DNA of 64,000 bases from a virus (lineage: Duplodnaviria; Heunggongvirae; Uroviricota; Caudoviricetes). Where the stretch lies: IMG/VR virus record IMGVR_UViG_3300042895_002216. One strand, given 5' to 3'. Shown one piece after another: positions 1 through 10,816 of the stretch; position 1 is the stretch's first letter, and each line of letters opens with the position of its first letter. The notes below the pieces were generated by a model. That model was given only the letters and a program-made list of their open reading frames with translations. It ran no database searches and was not told the DNA's origin. Both the position numbers and the translations under genes were made by a program.

Positions 1-1
1 A

Positions 2-247
2 CAGGGTCGATTCGCCGATCATAATTTAGTTGAAATAATTAATGTGTCCTCTACTCGAATTAAAACAGATGAGTATTACGCGTTCTTAATTCTAATTAAA
101 TACGATTCTAAATTCAAATTTTCAAATCTATTAAGAGTCCTAGGGTTTGCCCTAATCGCCTATTTCGGAATAACTTACATTGGCTATTTAGTTAATAACA
201 TCAGCCAAATACAAGAGTCGGCTCTTCAAATTATTAACGGAAAGTAA
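2..247 (+). CDS. 5'-truncated membrane protein
   Basis: Frame is open from position 2 to the stop at 247; C-terminal hydrophobic helix. Confidence 0.6.
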   Translation, partial: QGRFADHNLVEIINVSSTRIKTDEYYAFLILIKYDSKFKFSNLLRVLGFALIAYFGITYIGYLVNNISQIQESALQIINGK

Positions 248-273
248 ATAAATAACTAAAAGAAATAACTTTT

Positions 274-573
274 ATGAAATTCATTAAATTACATTTTGAG
301 AAAATTGTACTTGGATTACTGTTAATCCTAATGGTACAACAGTGCAATAATTCAAGTAAAATTGCAAAAGTTGAAAAACAGGAAAAGCTAATGAATCAAA
401 GAATTGATTCAGTGTATACCTCAGATCTTAAGAAAATGATTGAGGTTGAAGGTTTAAAAGCGTCCAAACGTACACTATACGACTGGAATTCAGTTATTAG
501 AACAACGGTTAGACCTGATGATCGTATGAACCAATACGATTTAGAAATAGAAAAAATCAGAAATTCTAAGTAA
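274..573 (+). CDS. Small membrane-anchored late protein
   Basis: N-terminal TM followed by QQC (possible lipobox); ATAAATAA at 248-255. Confidence 0.65.
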   Translation: MKFIKLHFEKIVLGLLLILMVQQCNNSSKIAKVEKQEKLMNQRIDSVYTSDLKKMIEVEGLKASKRTLYDWNSVIRTTVRPDDRMNQYDLEIEKIRNSK

Positions 574-1349
574 TGTCAAGCAAAGCAACAAAAATCTTTA
601 TTATTGGGACGTTTGTTACTCTATACTTATTAGTATCAGTAATTTCAACAATCCACGTTATTGATTTCTTTAGTATGTCTAACCCACCATGGTTAGCAAT
701 TAGCCTAGCAATCGCATTTGAGGTAGGAGCAGCAGCTTCTCTTGCATCAATTATCACATTAGATAAGATGAATAAGGGAATTGTTTGGGCTCTTTTTATT
801 CTATTAACTGCAATGCAGGCAATGGGAAATACCTATTACACATACGTTCACCTTAAGGATTTTCAAGGATGGATTGAATTATTTGGCCTAGTTGAAGAAG
901 AATTGATATACCAAAAACGAGTACTTTCAATTGTTAGTGGAGCAATTCTACCAATCGTTGCATTAGGCTTCATTAAATCACTAGTTGACTACATTAAACC
1001 GGCTGATACCGTAAATGATACCGTAAATGATATAGTAGGTGATCCTGTAAATCCACAAATTACTGACGCTGTTACTCAAGCAATTGAGATACCATCGGAT
1101 GATCTGTTTGAGGATTTGGAAAAAATTGAGACTTTTCCTGCTAGCGAGCAAGAAGTATACGAAACCGAACCGGTTGTAATTGAAGAAGACGTGATCACGG
1201 ATGAAGTAGAGATTTCTCCAAGTCAAATTGAAGAAATTCCAACTGAAACACAGGTAGATAATAAAGATATACAAATGTCAATCGATGATAAAATAGCCAG
1301 AGGCCTTACTTCACACAAAAGTGGAATATTATTTAGCGACGTTATTTAA
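573..1349 (+). CDS. Multi-TM protein with acidic C-terminal tail
   Basis: About four hydrophobic segments, then an E/D-rich tail; overlaps the upstream stop. Confidence 0.75.
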   Translation: MSSKATKIFIIGTFVTLYLLVSVISTIHVIDFFSMSNPPWLAISLAIAFEVGAAASLASIITLDKMNKGIVWALFILLTAMQAMGNTYYTYVHLKDFQGWIELFGLVEEELIYQKRVLSIVSGAILPIVALGFIKSLVDYIKPADTVNDTVNDIVGDPVNPQITDAVTQAIEIPSDDLFEDLEKIETFPASEQEVYETEPVVIEEDVITDEVEISPSQIEEIPTETQVDNKDIQMSIDDKIARGLTSHKSGILFSDVI

Positions 1350-1364
1350 AAAAGTCAACCATGA

Positions 1365-2063
1365 ATGTCATACATTAAATTTCAAGACGATCCGATTGCC
1401 CAAAGATTTAACAATTCATTTGCTAATCTATGCGCGGGCGATCCTACTAAAAAGGTTTTAAAATTACTAGATCGTTGTTTTAAGATTTTTAACAATGGAA
1501 AATCTGAAGCAAGTTTTTGTGATTTAGAGAAATTTCTATATCCAGTAGACGGAAGTCAATCTATTGATTTTGAAGTATGTGGAGGAAACCCTGGCGAAAC
1601 TTTAGTGATCTATGATAATTCACTAGATTCAATAATTCCAACTTACCAAGCAAACGTAACTACTCCCACTAATTATCCAGCTGTATCAAATCCATTAGAA
1701 TACTTTACAGCAATTCCAGCAGGAACTTCTTCAAGCCCAGCGTATTATCTACTACAGAATGACAGAAATTACGCACGTGGCTGTATCTTGTACATCGACT
1801 ATCCGAGTCTTGATAAAAACGGTGAGGCCATTGTGCCAGCCGCTCTATCTTGCGATATAATTATTACGGACTACACAGGTTCGTCTATTTCATATCCAAT
1901 TTCACAGTTCTTTTCACAGTTCAGTAATCCTGAGACTCTTAACGCAACTAAGCTGATAAATAAGATAGAGATACATAATCCAAATCTAGACTTTAGTATT
2001 AAGGTTAAAGGCTTGGTAGTATATGTAAAAAGCAACACTGATCCAAACAATTGTGCTTGCTAA
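1365..2063 (+). CDS. Hypothetical protein, probably virion structural
   Basis: 232 aa ORF in the late operon. Confidence 0.65.
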   Translation: MSYIKFQDDPIAQRFNNSFANLCAGDPTKKVLKLLDRCFKIFNNGKSEASFCDLEKFLYPVDGSQSIDFEVCGGNPGETLVIYDNSLDSIIPTYQANVTTPTNYPAVSNPLEYFTAIPAGTSSSPAYYLLQNDRNYARGCILYIDYPSLDKNGEAIVPAALSCDIIITDYTGSSISYPISQFFSQFSNPETLNATKLINKIEIHNPNLDFSIKVKGLVVYVKSNTDPNNCAC

Positions 2064-2078
2064 AAATACTAAAATGAA

Positions 2079-2408
2079 ATGAACAATATTGTTGCAAAAC
2101 TTGTAAAAAAACACGGAACCGCTAATAACAGTACAAATTACACGCCGGTCTTTACTACTCAAAGTACTAGAGATACTGCGTCCGATGCAACTACTGGAGT
2201 AGGTTACTTTACTGATACATGGTTCGGAGTTCACAATCCTCAAACTACTGCACAAACTGTTACGGTATGGACCGTTGACCAAGGAATTGGAGGATCTGGC
2301 GTAGACGTACGAATTCTCCCAGGAGAAACTTTCTATGCAACTCTTTCTAAATTAACAGTATCTGCTGACATGGTTCTATTAGGTATACCAACAACATTTA
2401 GTAGATAA
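2079..2408 (+). CDS. Hypothetical beta-rich protein
   Basis: 109 aa ORF in the same operon. Confidence 0.6.
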   Translation: MNNIVAKLVKKHGTANNSTNYTPVFTTQSTRDTASDATTGVGYFTDTWFGVHNPQTTAQTVTVWTVDQGIGGSGVDVRILPGETFYATLSKLTVSADMVLLGIPTTFSR

Positions 2409-2860
2409 TGACGCCAATCTTAACATTCGGTCAGAGACAGCAAGCAATGAGAGGTCTTCCTTTTTATGGGAAGGGCGATTTTAATTTTGTTGCATCAAGA
2501 AGCGGTTTCTCAAACGGTATTGCAATTAGTATTTTACCGTTATCCGATTTGTCTAGACCTCAACAGGTTGAAGTAGACGACTTTGTCCAAGATGTTAAGG
2601 CTTTAAATCAAGCATTCAAAAAGGGTTCTAGATTAACTGGAGTTAAGGTTAACTCTACTTTTAAAAACAAGAAACATGAACCTGAAAATATTATCGGAAA
2701 GTTTGAAGCTTTCAAAATTGATAAAAAGCACAAAACCATCAGAGCTTTCATTAGGGATCCAAAAACAATGGAAGTAATTGAAGTTTATCCTGAAACTTTA
2801 AATAGACTTAATGAGTCTAAATCGTATCTTGCGAAAACCTTCCTAGATTTCGTGATATAA
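2408..2860 (+). CDS. Hypothetical late protein
   Basis: 150 aa; contains an LNE motif like putative prohead-protease sites elsewhere. Confidence 0.65.
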   Translation: MTPILTFGQRQQAMRGLPFYGKGDFNFVASRSGFSNGIAISILPLSDLSRPQQVEVDDFVQDVKALNQAFKKGSRLTGVKVNSTFKNKKHEPENIIGKFEAFKIDKKHKTIRAFIRDPKTMEVIEVYPETLNRLNESKSYLAKTFLDFVI

Positions 2861-2880
2861 TTCTAAAAAACTGTTTATTT

Positions 2881-3909
2881 ATGGGCAACGAACAAGACCG
2901 TCCGCTTAATCAAGAGGATGAAGTTCAAGCATTCCTTGAATCTGAGGACGCTAAATACGGCAAGAACTCTAATAACTCCAATAAATCAATTGAATCTGAA
3001 AAACCAGTCACTAGTTTAGGCCAAGCTATCTCAGCCGGACCAATTCAATCGACCATTTCTGGCGCAAATGATAACTTTTGGAAAAACATTCCATTAGAAA
3101 ATTTACCGTCACGTGGACTATTCTACGCTAAAGGCTCTGAGTTAACGGTTAGAGCAGCGACTGTTTCTGAGATTCGACACTGGTCGACTATCGACGATAG
3201 CGATGTCTTAGACATAGACGACAAACTAAATTTTATAATTGAGAAATGTACACGTTTTAAAGTAAACGGCGGACAATCCTGGTTAACTTGGAGAGATATT
3301 TCAGAAGTCGACCGATTGTACATCATCTTTGTAATTCACGAAATAACTTTTCCAGAAGGACAAAATGAGCTATTTACTAAAATTGCGTGTACTCAAACTT
3401 GCTCAGAAGACGGTGCTTGGAGCGATGACGTTAAGGTCAGAAGCAACATGTTACAACTATTCGATCTTCCTGAAGAAGTTGAGGTTTGGTATTCTGACGA
3501 ATATCGATGCTTTGAAGTAGTTTCCCAGAAGTTAAATGAGACGTTTTACCTGTACATGCCGACTCTCGGTGTAATTGAAAGACTTCGTAAACGAATAGCT
3601 GAGTCTAAATTAACTGGTCGCCAAATTGATAAATCTTTTATTAAAATTGCACCATACCTTATTCAAGACTGGTCAAAGTTTGGACAGGAACAATATTCAT
3701 CTATTCAATCTGAATCATTTTCCTGGAACCTAAATAAATTTACATTTATTACAAAGTTCTCAGAAATGATGCAAGCTTCACGAGATAATTCAATCGGAAC
3801 AATTTGTCCTAAATGTGGGTCAAAATTATCCAGTTCAATTTTTTCGTCAGACAGCTTCACGATCAAAGATCTTTTCCTTATTTCAGGTAGACTTAATGAA
3901 CTTATTTGA
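2881..3909 (+). CDS. T4 gp26-like baseplate hub assembly protein
   Basis: ENLPSRGLFY motif, internal C residues and a C-terminal CPKCG; followed by a gp51-like ORF. Confidence 0.6.
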   Translation: MGNEQDRPLNQEDEVQAFLESEDAKYGKNSNNSNKSIESEKPVTSLGQAISAGPIQSTISGANDNFWKNIPLENLPSRGLFYAKGSELTVRAATVSEIRHWSTIDDSDVLDIDDKLNFIIEKCTRFKVNGGQSWLTWRDISEVDRLYIIFVIHEITFPEGQNELFTKIACTQTCSEDGAWSDDVKVRSNMLQLFDLPEEVEVWYSDEYRCFEVVSQKLNETFYLYMPTLGVIERLRKRIAESKLTGRQIDKSFIKIAPYLIQDWSKFGQEQYSSIQSESFSWNLNKFTFITKFSEMMQASRDNSIGTICPKCGSKLSSSIFSSDSFTIKDLFLISGRLNELI

Positions 3910-4066
3910 GACAAACCGTCTCTTGGCCGTGAAGCTGAATCAATCGATAACCGAACTGTACACTCTACCGTTCTATGAGTATTTAAGTTACGTTAAATTT
4001 CTAGTAGACGAGTCTGGAGAATCTGTTCAAGAAACATTTGAAATTCAAACAGGACTTGAGGACTAA
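3896..4066 (+). CDS. Small gp51-like baseplate hub protein
   Basis: ATG at 3896 (MNLFETN...SITELYTLPFYEY); overlaps the end of the gp26-like gene, as in T4-like phages. Confidence 0.5.
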   Translation: MNLFETNRLLAVKLNQSITELYTLPFYEYLSYVKFLVDESGESVQETFEIQTGLED

Positions 4067-4089
4067 TCGACTCAAGTCCTTCTTTTTTT
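4051..4089 (+). terminator. Rho-independent terminator
   Basis: GGACTTGAG/CTCAAGTCC stem followed by a T tract. Confidence 0.7.
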
Positions 4090-4114
4090 AATAAATAACT
4101 AAAAAGATTACACA

Positions 4115-5242
4115 ATGACTAACCTAGAAAACTCTTCTGCCTTTGAAACTGATCAAGAGTCAGTTCTTCTTGCTGCATTAGATAGAGTTTTCAGTAAAAA
4201 AGCTCCAACTGGCGACGCGATACTCGAAGGTGAACTCTTAAAGAATGTAAATACTCAAGCGACTACTTCAGTTAGATCAGTTCCAATTGAAACTCCTTCG
4301 CCCACAGTTGATGGAGTTGACTTAAACCCAGTAGATTTAGATAAACCAGTAGTTATTGAACTTAAGCCTATTGAGGTACTTGTAAAACCAACTGACGCTA
4401 CTTCTGGAAAAGTCACAACTGCTGAGATTGAGAAAAGCCAATTACAATTAGCTCCAGCTAATACAACTACTGTTAATAATACGTCAATTTCTAATTCTTT
4501 ACCTAGTCAATTAGCAGCAGCTGCCTCAAATTCGTCAGTGAATTCATCTAATATATTAGTAGACTCCAGTAAAAATGTAATGGAGTCAATACAGTCGTTA
4601 ACTAAAAATTTGAGCAAGACCGACTCGATCAACTCAATCGTTAACAATTCAGCTCTTATTGAATCGCTTAGATCATTAGCTAACGGGTCGAAGGATGCCG
4701 ATGCAATTAACTTATTAACTAAAGACTCACTAACGAAGGTAACCTCTAATTCTGAAAAATCAAAGGCCGAGTCTTCTAATTTATCTACATTAGAGAGTTC
4801 AATACTCTCGACGCTTACCGGAAAGTCTGACTCGACTAATACTAAAACCGATGAGGTTACGAATAACTTAACTCAAGTAAAAAGTTCAAAATTAGTTGAG
4901 TCGTCAAATGTTAAAAAAATGCTAGCTCCAGATAAAACGTTAGAAAAAAGCGTAACTAGCTTATCTAAATCTTTACCGGACGCAGTTAATAACTTAAGTA
5001 ACTCAGTAACTTCAATTTCGCCGCAAACCAGCTCGTCAACCTCAGTTATGAATGAAGGGGCAAAGATTGATCAACGTAACCAAACTACGATTAATAGTCC
5101 TACTTCTGGAAATATGAATAAGGCTGAGTCTGCTGACTCTAAGCCAGTAGCTATTGCTCCAGGCATAAACAATGACTATTACTTACAGGCAATATACTCG
5201 GCACTAATGTCTGGAAAAATAAAAGTAACCTTAGGATACTAA
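4115..5242 (+). CDS. S/T/N-rich late protein (possible baseplate or tail component)
   Basis: 375 aa, low complexity; ATAAATAA at 4091-4098. Confidence 0.6.
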   Translation: MTNLENSSAFETDQESVLLAALDRVFSKKAPTGDAILEGELLKNVNTQATTSVRSVPIETPSPTVDGVDLNPVDLDKPVVIELKPIEVLVKPTDATSGKVTTAEIEKSQLQLAPANTTTVNNTSISNSLPSQLAAAASNSSVNSSNILVDSSKNVMESIQSLTKNLSKTDSINSIVNNSALIESLRSLANGSKDADAINLLTKDSLTKVTSNSEKSKAESSNLSTLESSILSTLTGKSDSTNTKTDEVTNNLTQVKSSKLVESSNVKKMLAPDKTLEKSVTSLSKSLPDAVNNLSNSVTSISPQTSSSTSVMNEGAKIDQRNQTTINSPTSGNMNKAESADSKPVAIAPGINNDYYLQAIYSALMSGKIKVTLGY

Positions 5243-5246
5243 TAAC

Positions 5247-5474
5247 ATGAAGCACTTTAAAGAAATTAAGCAAATCATATCAGAATACGACCGAATCAAT
5301 GCAGGTTTATCTGAACTTGAAAAAATGACAAATCTTCTTCAGCTTAGAAAAACTGAGTTGGAGCATGCACTAAATTCAAATAAGGAAAAGGAGAAGACTC
5401 TAATAGATAAAATAGTAAAGGAAACAGGCGAACAGCCTGATTACTACAAAATTATGCAAGAATTAAATGTTTAA
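5247..5474 (+). CDS. Small coiled-coil protein
   Basis: 75 aa with heptad pattern. Confidence 0.65.
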   Translation: MKHFKEIKQIISEYDRINAGLSELEKMTNLLQLRKTELEHALNSNKEKEKTLIDKIVKETGEQPDYYKIMQELNV

Positions 5475-6096
5475 ATCCCTTCTTAAACTAGACATTAAAA
5501 CTCTATTGCTTATCGCATTAGTGATTATAATAGTCTTAATGAGATCGTGTGACGGTTCAGGAAAAAACCCCGGAGAAATCATCAATATTGATGGTAAGAA
5601 ATACGAAGTATTAAAACACACAATTGATACGGTAATTGTACCTCATGATACTATTGTATACCGAAAGGGTAAAGATATTTACCATGAAGTCCCAGTGTAT
5701 CAAGTAGTGCCAATTGATGTAGACACACTCGCTATACTTAAGGATTTTTATGCAAAGCACGTTTACATCGATACTCTAAAATTAGCCGATTCACTAGGAT
5801 ACATTGTAGTAAATGATACAATCTCTGAGAATTCTCTTCTCGGTAGACTTTGGACCGCTCAAGTAAATAAAACAACGATCAAGGAACAAATAATCGTTAA
5901 GGAACTTCCTAAAAACCAAGTTTACATTGGAGTAGTTGGAGGATTTGACAAGGTAAATATCGTTAATTTTGCAGGCCCTTCTCTATTATTAAAAACCAAA
6001 ACCGACAAGATTTATAGTGTCGGAGTCGGTTATGCTGGAAGCGGAGCAGTTTCAATCCAAGGAGGAATCTACTGGAAAATTAAATTAAAGAAATAA
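5467..6096 (+). CDS. Putative lipoprotein, spanin-like
   Basis: Signal peptide with LMRSC lipobox, DT-rich linker and amphipathic beta-strand C-terminus. Confidence 0.5.
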   Translation: MFKSLLKLDIKTLLLIALVIIIVLMRSCDGSGKNPGEIINIDGKKYEVLKHTIDTVIVPHDTIVYRKGKDIYHEVPVYQVVPIDVDTLAILKDFYAKHVYIDTLKLADSLGYIVVNDTISENSLLGRLWTAQVNKTTIKEQIIVKELPKNQVYIGVVGGFDKVNIVNFAGPSLLLKTKTDKIYSVGVGYAGSGAVSIQGGIYWKIKLKK

Positions 6097-6106
6097 TTAA
6101 ATACGC

Positions 6107-8047
6107 ATGACATCAAGGTTTGTAACTCTATCTGACTATTGTATATTGGAGTACATGTTGACTCCAGCGGGCGATCCTGCACCAGAGATAATTAATACGA
6201 ACTATTATTTTCTCGAAAATGCTCATGTTGATCTGTTTCAGATTTACAATACTGATGCCTATGCAGCAACGACTAAAAACTCAAGAGGATTAAGTGTAGT
6301 ACCGGTTGGAGGATCTAAGCTGATTAGAGTTGACTTAACTGATATTCCAATTTATACTGCATACGATCCAGCAATAAGTGAAACTGAATTATCTAATAGC
6401 TATAGTAATGCTCTAGTCATGGACACTATGCGATTCCATTTTGCATCAGGGTTCAATTTTACAGAAGTTGAAAATATTATATTAGGAGCTCGCCAAAAAT
6501 TAAATGACTTAAAGCAGATCCAGCTAGTTAATATTTTAGTGACTTCAGTTACTGCACAAGACCTTTTAACCTTCAACAATAAACCGCTTTTCTTAGCAAA
6601 TACAATTTACGATAAGTACATTGATATTAAAGTCCCAGCATGTTCGTATCTAGATGAAGACTTTACGCAATTCGGGTCAGCTTCCTTTGAACATGCGATT
6701 ACGAACGGTACTGGTTTTATTAAAAACTCACCAATCACCGTATCTTTAAGTGAAGCTGAATATGAAGACCTATTTGCAGATAACGGCGAGCAGTATGAAG
6801 CCTACCGCGTTGTTAATTATTACGAAGGTTCAGTTGCGCAAGTAAATGAATTTGATAGTTTAGGAGCAGTTATTCAAGAAGCAATAGATGGAGACTATAT
6901 TGAATTCTTTGCAACATGGAACGGCGCATTCCCAGAAGACTTAATATCTACTCTTAATGCAAAAGGCGTAGATAATGACTGGATCTTAATTCATAACTTA
7001 CAAGTATACGAACAGGTTGGAAGTATTATAACTCCTTCTGGAAATTTTCTAGTCTATCAAGAAGACAATTTTGATGTTCCATTATCATACAGACCAATTC
7101 TAAAGGATGCAGGTTTTGCAGTTTCAATGTCAATCGACTATATCGTACGGTTACTTAACAAAAAGACCGGAGATCAAGTAATCAGAACCGGGTCAATGTC
7201 TCTGTTTAATCCAAATAAGTATGGAAAGCACTTAGCTAAATTGGAACTGGCAGATAAGCCTCAATCTATGAAAGTTTATAATAAAATTGTTCAAAAGAAT
7301 TTAGAGATAAGTAACTTATTTACTGGTAAAAAAATACCAACAACAGCTACGCCAACTGCATCAATTGTGTATGTAGACAAACCAGTTAACGTAGCAGTTC
7401 CGACTTTTTATAAACAGGCAAATATTCGAATCAGCCAAAAGAACGCTCTACTAAAAGCTACTAACGGAACGTCTGAAGTAATTTTTGGACAAGGCGACAT
7501 GGTTTTACCAATTGACCCAACTGACAATTACATTAAGTTTTCAGTGTATGAGGCTAACCCAGCTAAACCTAGCGAGCAGACTCCAGCTAATTTGAATCCC
7601 ACTTCAACTTTCACCCTTAACTTCGGTAAAGACTCGAAGTATACATATAATTCACTAAGTGATCCGGCTGTCTCGGAACCAGCTAGTGGAAAACTGGCCT
7701 TTCGTATACCTAAGGATCAAGCGAAACAGATTCTTGAATCGACTGACTCGCTAATGTTTATTTCATTAATTGGAGTAGACGGAAGCGAAACTTTATTATA
7801 CACAGGAAAATGGATGGCTTCTTCTGACTACGGCGCAATTTTAAGAGCAAATGATGCTGCTAAAAATGCACTACTAAATGACCCGTATGAAACAATTGCA
7901 ACTTTAAACAAGTCAATTGCGGATCTTACGACCGAGAATGAAAAACTTAAAACCAAGATAGTTAGTTCAAAGAGCGTAAGATACTCAAGGGTTGACGAAA
8001 CCTCTAAATCAATCAACCCGATGGCTGGATTTAGGAATGCAACATAA
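6107..8047 (+). CDS. Large structural protein
   Basis: 646 aa beta-rich ORF in the late operon. Confidence 0.6.
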   Translation: MTSRFVTLSDYCILEYMLTPAGDPAPEIINTNYYFLENAHVDLFQIYNTDAYAATTKNSRGLSVVPVGGSKLIRVDLTDIPIYTAYDPAISETELSNSYSNALVMDTMRFHFASGFNFTEVENIILGARQKLNDLKQIQLVNILVTSVTAQDLLTFNNKPLFLANTIYDKYIDIKVPACSYLDEDFTQFGSASFEHAITNGTGFIKNSPITVSLSEAEYEDLFADNGEQYEAYRVVNYYEGSVAQVNEFDSLGAVIQEAIDGDYIEFFATWNGAFPEDLISTLNAKGVDNDWILIHNLQVYEQVGSIITPSGNFLVYQEDNFDVPLSYRPILKDAGFAVSMSIDYIVRLLNKKTGDQVIRTGSMSLFNPNKYGKHLAKLELADKPQSMKVYNKIVQKNLEISNLFTGKKIPTTATPTASIVYVDKPVNVAVPTFYKQANIRISQKNALLKATNGTSEVIFGQGDMVLPIDPTDNYIKFSVYEANPAKPSEQTPANLNPTSTFTLNFGKDSKYTYNSLSDPAVSEPASGKLAFRIPKDQAKQILESTDSLMFISLIGVDGSETLLYTGKWMASSDYGAILRANDAAKNALLNDPYETIATLNKSIADLTTENEKLKTKIVSSKSVRYSRVDETSKSINPMAGFRNAT

Positions 8048-8142
8048 CGTAAGTAATTAGGCTATCCTATAAATAATATAGACGATAGCAGATAAATAAA
8101 CTTATCAAAAACGGATAAATAATAAAAAAGACAAGCGTTTCA

Positions 8143-9681
8143 ATGAACGGTCTCATACAAGAACTAACTAACGAGCTCAAAAATAATTCGAGCGTAAATT
8201 CTAGCATTGCTGCTAAAGTAGTATTAGAATCAATTAACAACTCACTAATGTTGGGGGTTGCAAATGATCAGATTTTAGAAAACTCTCTAAATACACTAGA
8301 TCAATTCGCTACTGAATTGGTAAACGAGAATATTAAAGAAGTGGTAGCTAAATTCAAAAAAATGGCAGAAAAACCAACAAGCCGTCTTCAAAACATGGCT
8401 AAAGAAGCAGGTCTTTCTATCAAGATTCAAGCTATCAAAGAGGCACAAATTTACAAAGATCCAGTAGTTAAGCATACAGTTGCTAGACTAGAGGAAGCTG
8501 TTAAATCTATGCCTGAATTTAGAGCAATCCATTTCTTCTTTGAAGGTCTATCTAAGTTTAACTACGATACGACTGTTTCTGAAGTTTTAGAATCATTATC
8601 AACTTACGTTAATGAGAATCGTATTAAACTTGAAATCTTAAATTCAATTTTCGAAATGAGAGTAACTGGTGCAGTTCTTTATAAAGATGCATGTTCTCTA
8701 TTGGAACAAGCTCTATTGGAAAATGTACAGACAGCTGATTCATTAAAAATGAAATTACGTTCTCATTCTAATTTGCCAGTAGTTAACCAATTGATTAATA
8801 AAATTAGCATGCTAGAATCTAAAGAAACTGGTTCGTTTAATTTAGGTATTGGTAACGGCGATGCATTCGTAAAACCTATTATTGCTCCTTTTTATAAAGT
8901 TAGCGAAAACTCAGCACTAATCTTTGTAGATAATAAATTTATCAAAGTATCGGAAGATGCGGATCCTACTCAAGTATCAGCAGACGATGCAAAAGACTTT
9001 CCAGATTTCTTTGAAACTTGCGAAGCCTTCAGTGCCCTAAACTTCAAAGAGAAGAGCACAGAATTAGTATCAGCTAGTAGAAATTTAACAGTTGCTTTTG
9101 GAATTAACGAAAACGGCTCATTGAACCTAAAAATCAATGGTTCAGTAATTGATAATATCGATTCAGTTAAATTTTCAGAAATCGTATTAATGGAGACCAT
9201 TGATACTCGTAATGCTCTTACTAAAATCTTCAAAAACTTAGACCTAATCGTTAATTTAGAGTTTGGAAAAACAATCGTTAATGAAAGACTTGGTAAAGAA
9301 TCGATCGTTTTAAATTTCGGAGAAGATATTTACGTATTCGAGAAATTAGCTGAGACTAGAATTCTTAAGAAAATGAAAGGTTTAACTTTCCATAATTATG
9401 TTATGGAAAACTTCAAATACGATGTTAGCGAAATGTACTCTATTCAATTGGAGGAAAGAGAAGCCAACCTTAAATCACTTGATGCTGAAAAAGTTACGAT
9501 TGAGCAAAATCTTGCTAAATTAGAAACTTCAATCTCTCAAATTCAAGAGGCCTTAACTGATACATCTCTTACGGCAGACTATCGTGAGAAACTTAATGAA
9601 CTTAAGATGTCAATCGAGAAGAACGTTAATGCTCTTAAGAATCAATACATTTTAGTAGACCAGTCCAAAAAAAAAGCCTAA
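8143..9681 (+). CDS. Coiled-coil late protein
   Basis: 512 aa; ATAAATAA at 8115-8122. Confidence 0.7.
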   Translation: MNGLIQELTNELKNNSSVNSSIAAKVVLESINNSLMLGVANDQILENSLNTLDQFATELVNENIKEVVAKFKKMAEKPTSRLQNMAKEAGLSIKIQAIKEAQIYKDPVVKHTVARLEEAVKSMPEFRAIHFFFEGLSKFNYDTTVSEVLESLSTYVNENRIKLEILNSIFEMRVTGAVLYKDACSLLEQALLENVQTADSLKMKLRSHSNLPVVNQLINKISMLESKETGSFNLGIGNGDAFVKPIIAPFYKVSENSALIFVDNKFIKVSEDADPTQVSADDAKDFPDFFETCEAFSALNFKEKSTELVSASRNLTVAFGINENGSLNLKINGSVIDNIDSVKFSEIVLMETIDTRNALTKIFKNLDLIVNLEFGKTIVNERLGKESIVLNFGEDIYVFEKLAETRILKKMKGLTFHNYVMENFKYDVSEMYSIQLEEREANLKSLDAEKVTIEQNLAKLETSISQIQEALTDTSLTADYREKLNELKMSIEKNVNALKNQYILVDQSKKKA

Positions 9682-9704
9682 CTGAGTCTGAGGACATTAC
9701 TATA

Positions 9705-9968
9705 GTGTCCGCGACCGCAGCTAAGTACGTAACTGGCCAAAAGGTCATGTTAAAGTCTGGGCAAAGTGCTACAATTGTTGGAATCGATCCAGTAGGTCAA
9801 ACCTATAAAGTAATGGGAGCAGACAATCAATATAAATCAGTAAAACCTGATGAGATTGATAAACTCGATACTGGTAAATTTACCGATTATCAAGCTTCAG
9901 GACCTGATCCAAAGAATCCAGACGAACTCTCAATTAAAACAAAGGACGTTGCCGTAGACCAAAAGTAA
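9705..9968 (+). CDS. Small SH3-like protein
   Basis: GTG start; GQKVMLK...ATIVGID...YKV pattern. Confidence 0.5.
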   Translation: MSATAAKYVTGQKVMLKSGQSATIVGIDPVGQTYKVMGADNQYKSVKPDEIDKLDTGKFTDYQASGPDPKNPDELSIKTKDVAVDQK

Positions 9969-10003
9969 GTATCTGTAGTATAATTACTAAAAGAAACTTA
10001 CAA

Positions 10004-10816
10004 ATGGCTGACGTATTATGCTCAATTGAAGAGGCTCGCGAAAATGGCACCCTTCAGGTTTTCGAAAAGAAGACCAAATATCACGATTATCAATTCTTAG
10101 TTAGATCTTCTGAAGAGATTAAATTTAACGTGTCTCAGAATATCTCTACTAAACCTACTGGTGGAGAATACTTCAAACCTCTGTTCATACCGCATTATGC
10201 ACAAAACGGCGGCCCTATGCTCTTAGAAGACTTGGACCACGAAGACGTTTGGTTGGATGCAGGCGGCCACATTGGCATATTTGCAACTCGTTTACTAACG
10301 CAATTTCCAAAAGTAAAGAAAGTATACTCATACGAACCTTTCCATAATAACGTGGAGTTCCTAGAACAAAACCTTCAAATGAATAGTGTTGAAGATCGTT
10401 GTGAAATTATCGAAAAAGCAATTGTCGCGGACGATTCAACTGAAGTTGAATTCTACTTATCACAAGATTCAGGTAAGCATAGCGTCCATCACATTAGAGG
10501 TCGTCAGGTCACCACCGTACCTGCTGAGAATATTAACACTATAATCAAAGAAAAGGGTATCACTGCGATCAAGATGGATATTGAAGGTCTTGAATACGAT
10601 ATGATTAAAGCTTTAAATCAAGAAAGTTTAGATCAAATCAGGTTATTCATAGTTGAATACCATTTTCACTACAGCTGGTTATTGGAAAATCGCTCAGCGA
10701 AATTTACAGAGATCCTAGATATTTTTAGAGCTAACTTTGGAGAACTCTTCGTTAACCCTAAAACAATAAACGGCAAACACTTTATTACTCACTTCGCAGG
10801 ATTTAAAGGACGTTAA
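10004..10816 (+). CDS. FkbM-family SAM methyltransferase
   Basis: LDAGGHIG, YSYEP and IKMDIEGLE motifs; TAGTATAAT at 9976-9984. Confidence 0.85.
   Translation: MADVLCSIEEARENGTLQVFEKKTKYHDYQFLVRSSEEIKFNVSQNISTKPTGGEYFKPLFIPHYAQNGGPMLLEDLDHEDVWLDAGGHIGIFATRLLTQFPKVKKVYSYEPFHNNVEFLEQNLQMNSVEDRCEIIEKAIVADDSTEVEFYLSQDSGKHSVHHIRGRQVTTVPAENINTIIKEKGITAIKMDIEGLEYDMIKALNQESLDQIRLFIVEYHFHYSWLLENRSAKFTEILDIFRANFGELFVNPKTINGKHFITHFAGFKGR

Noticed and set aside
1006-1033. 12-bp tandem duplication GATACCGTAAAT
   Set aside because: An in-frame linker expansion (DTVN x2) with no further significance.
3815-4066. Programmed frameshift of the tail-chaperone G/GT type
   Set aside because: The second frame is +1, there is no clear slippery heptamer, and it has its own ATG at 3896.
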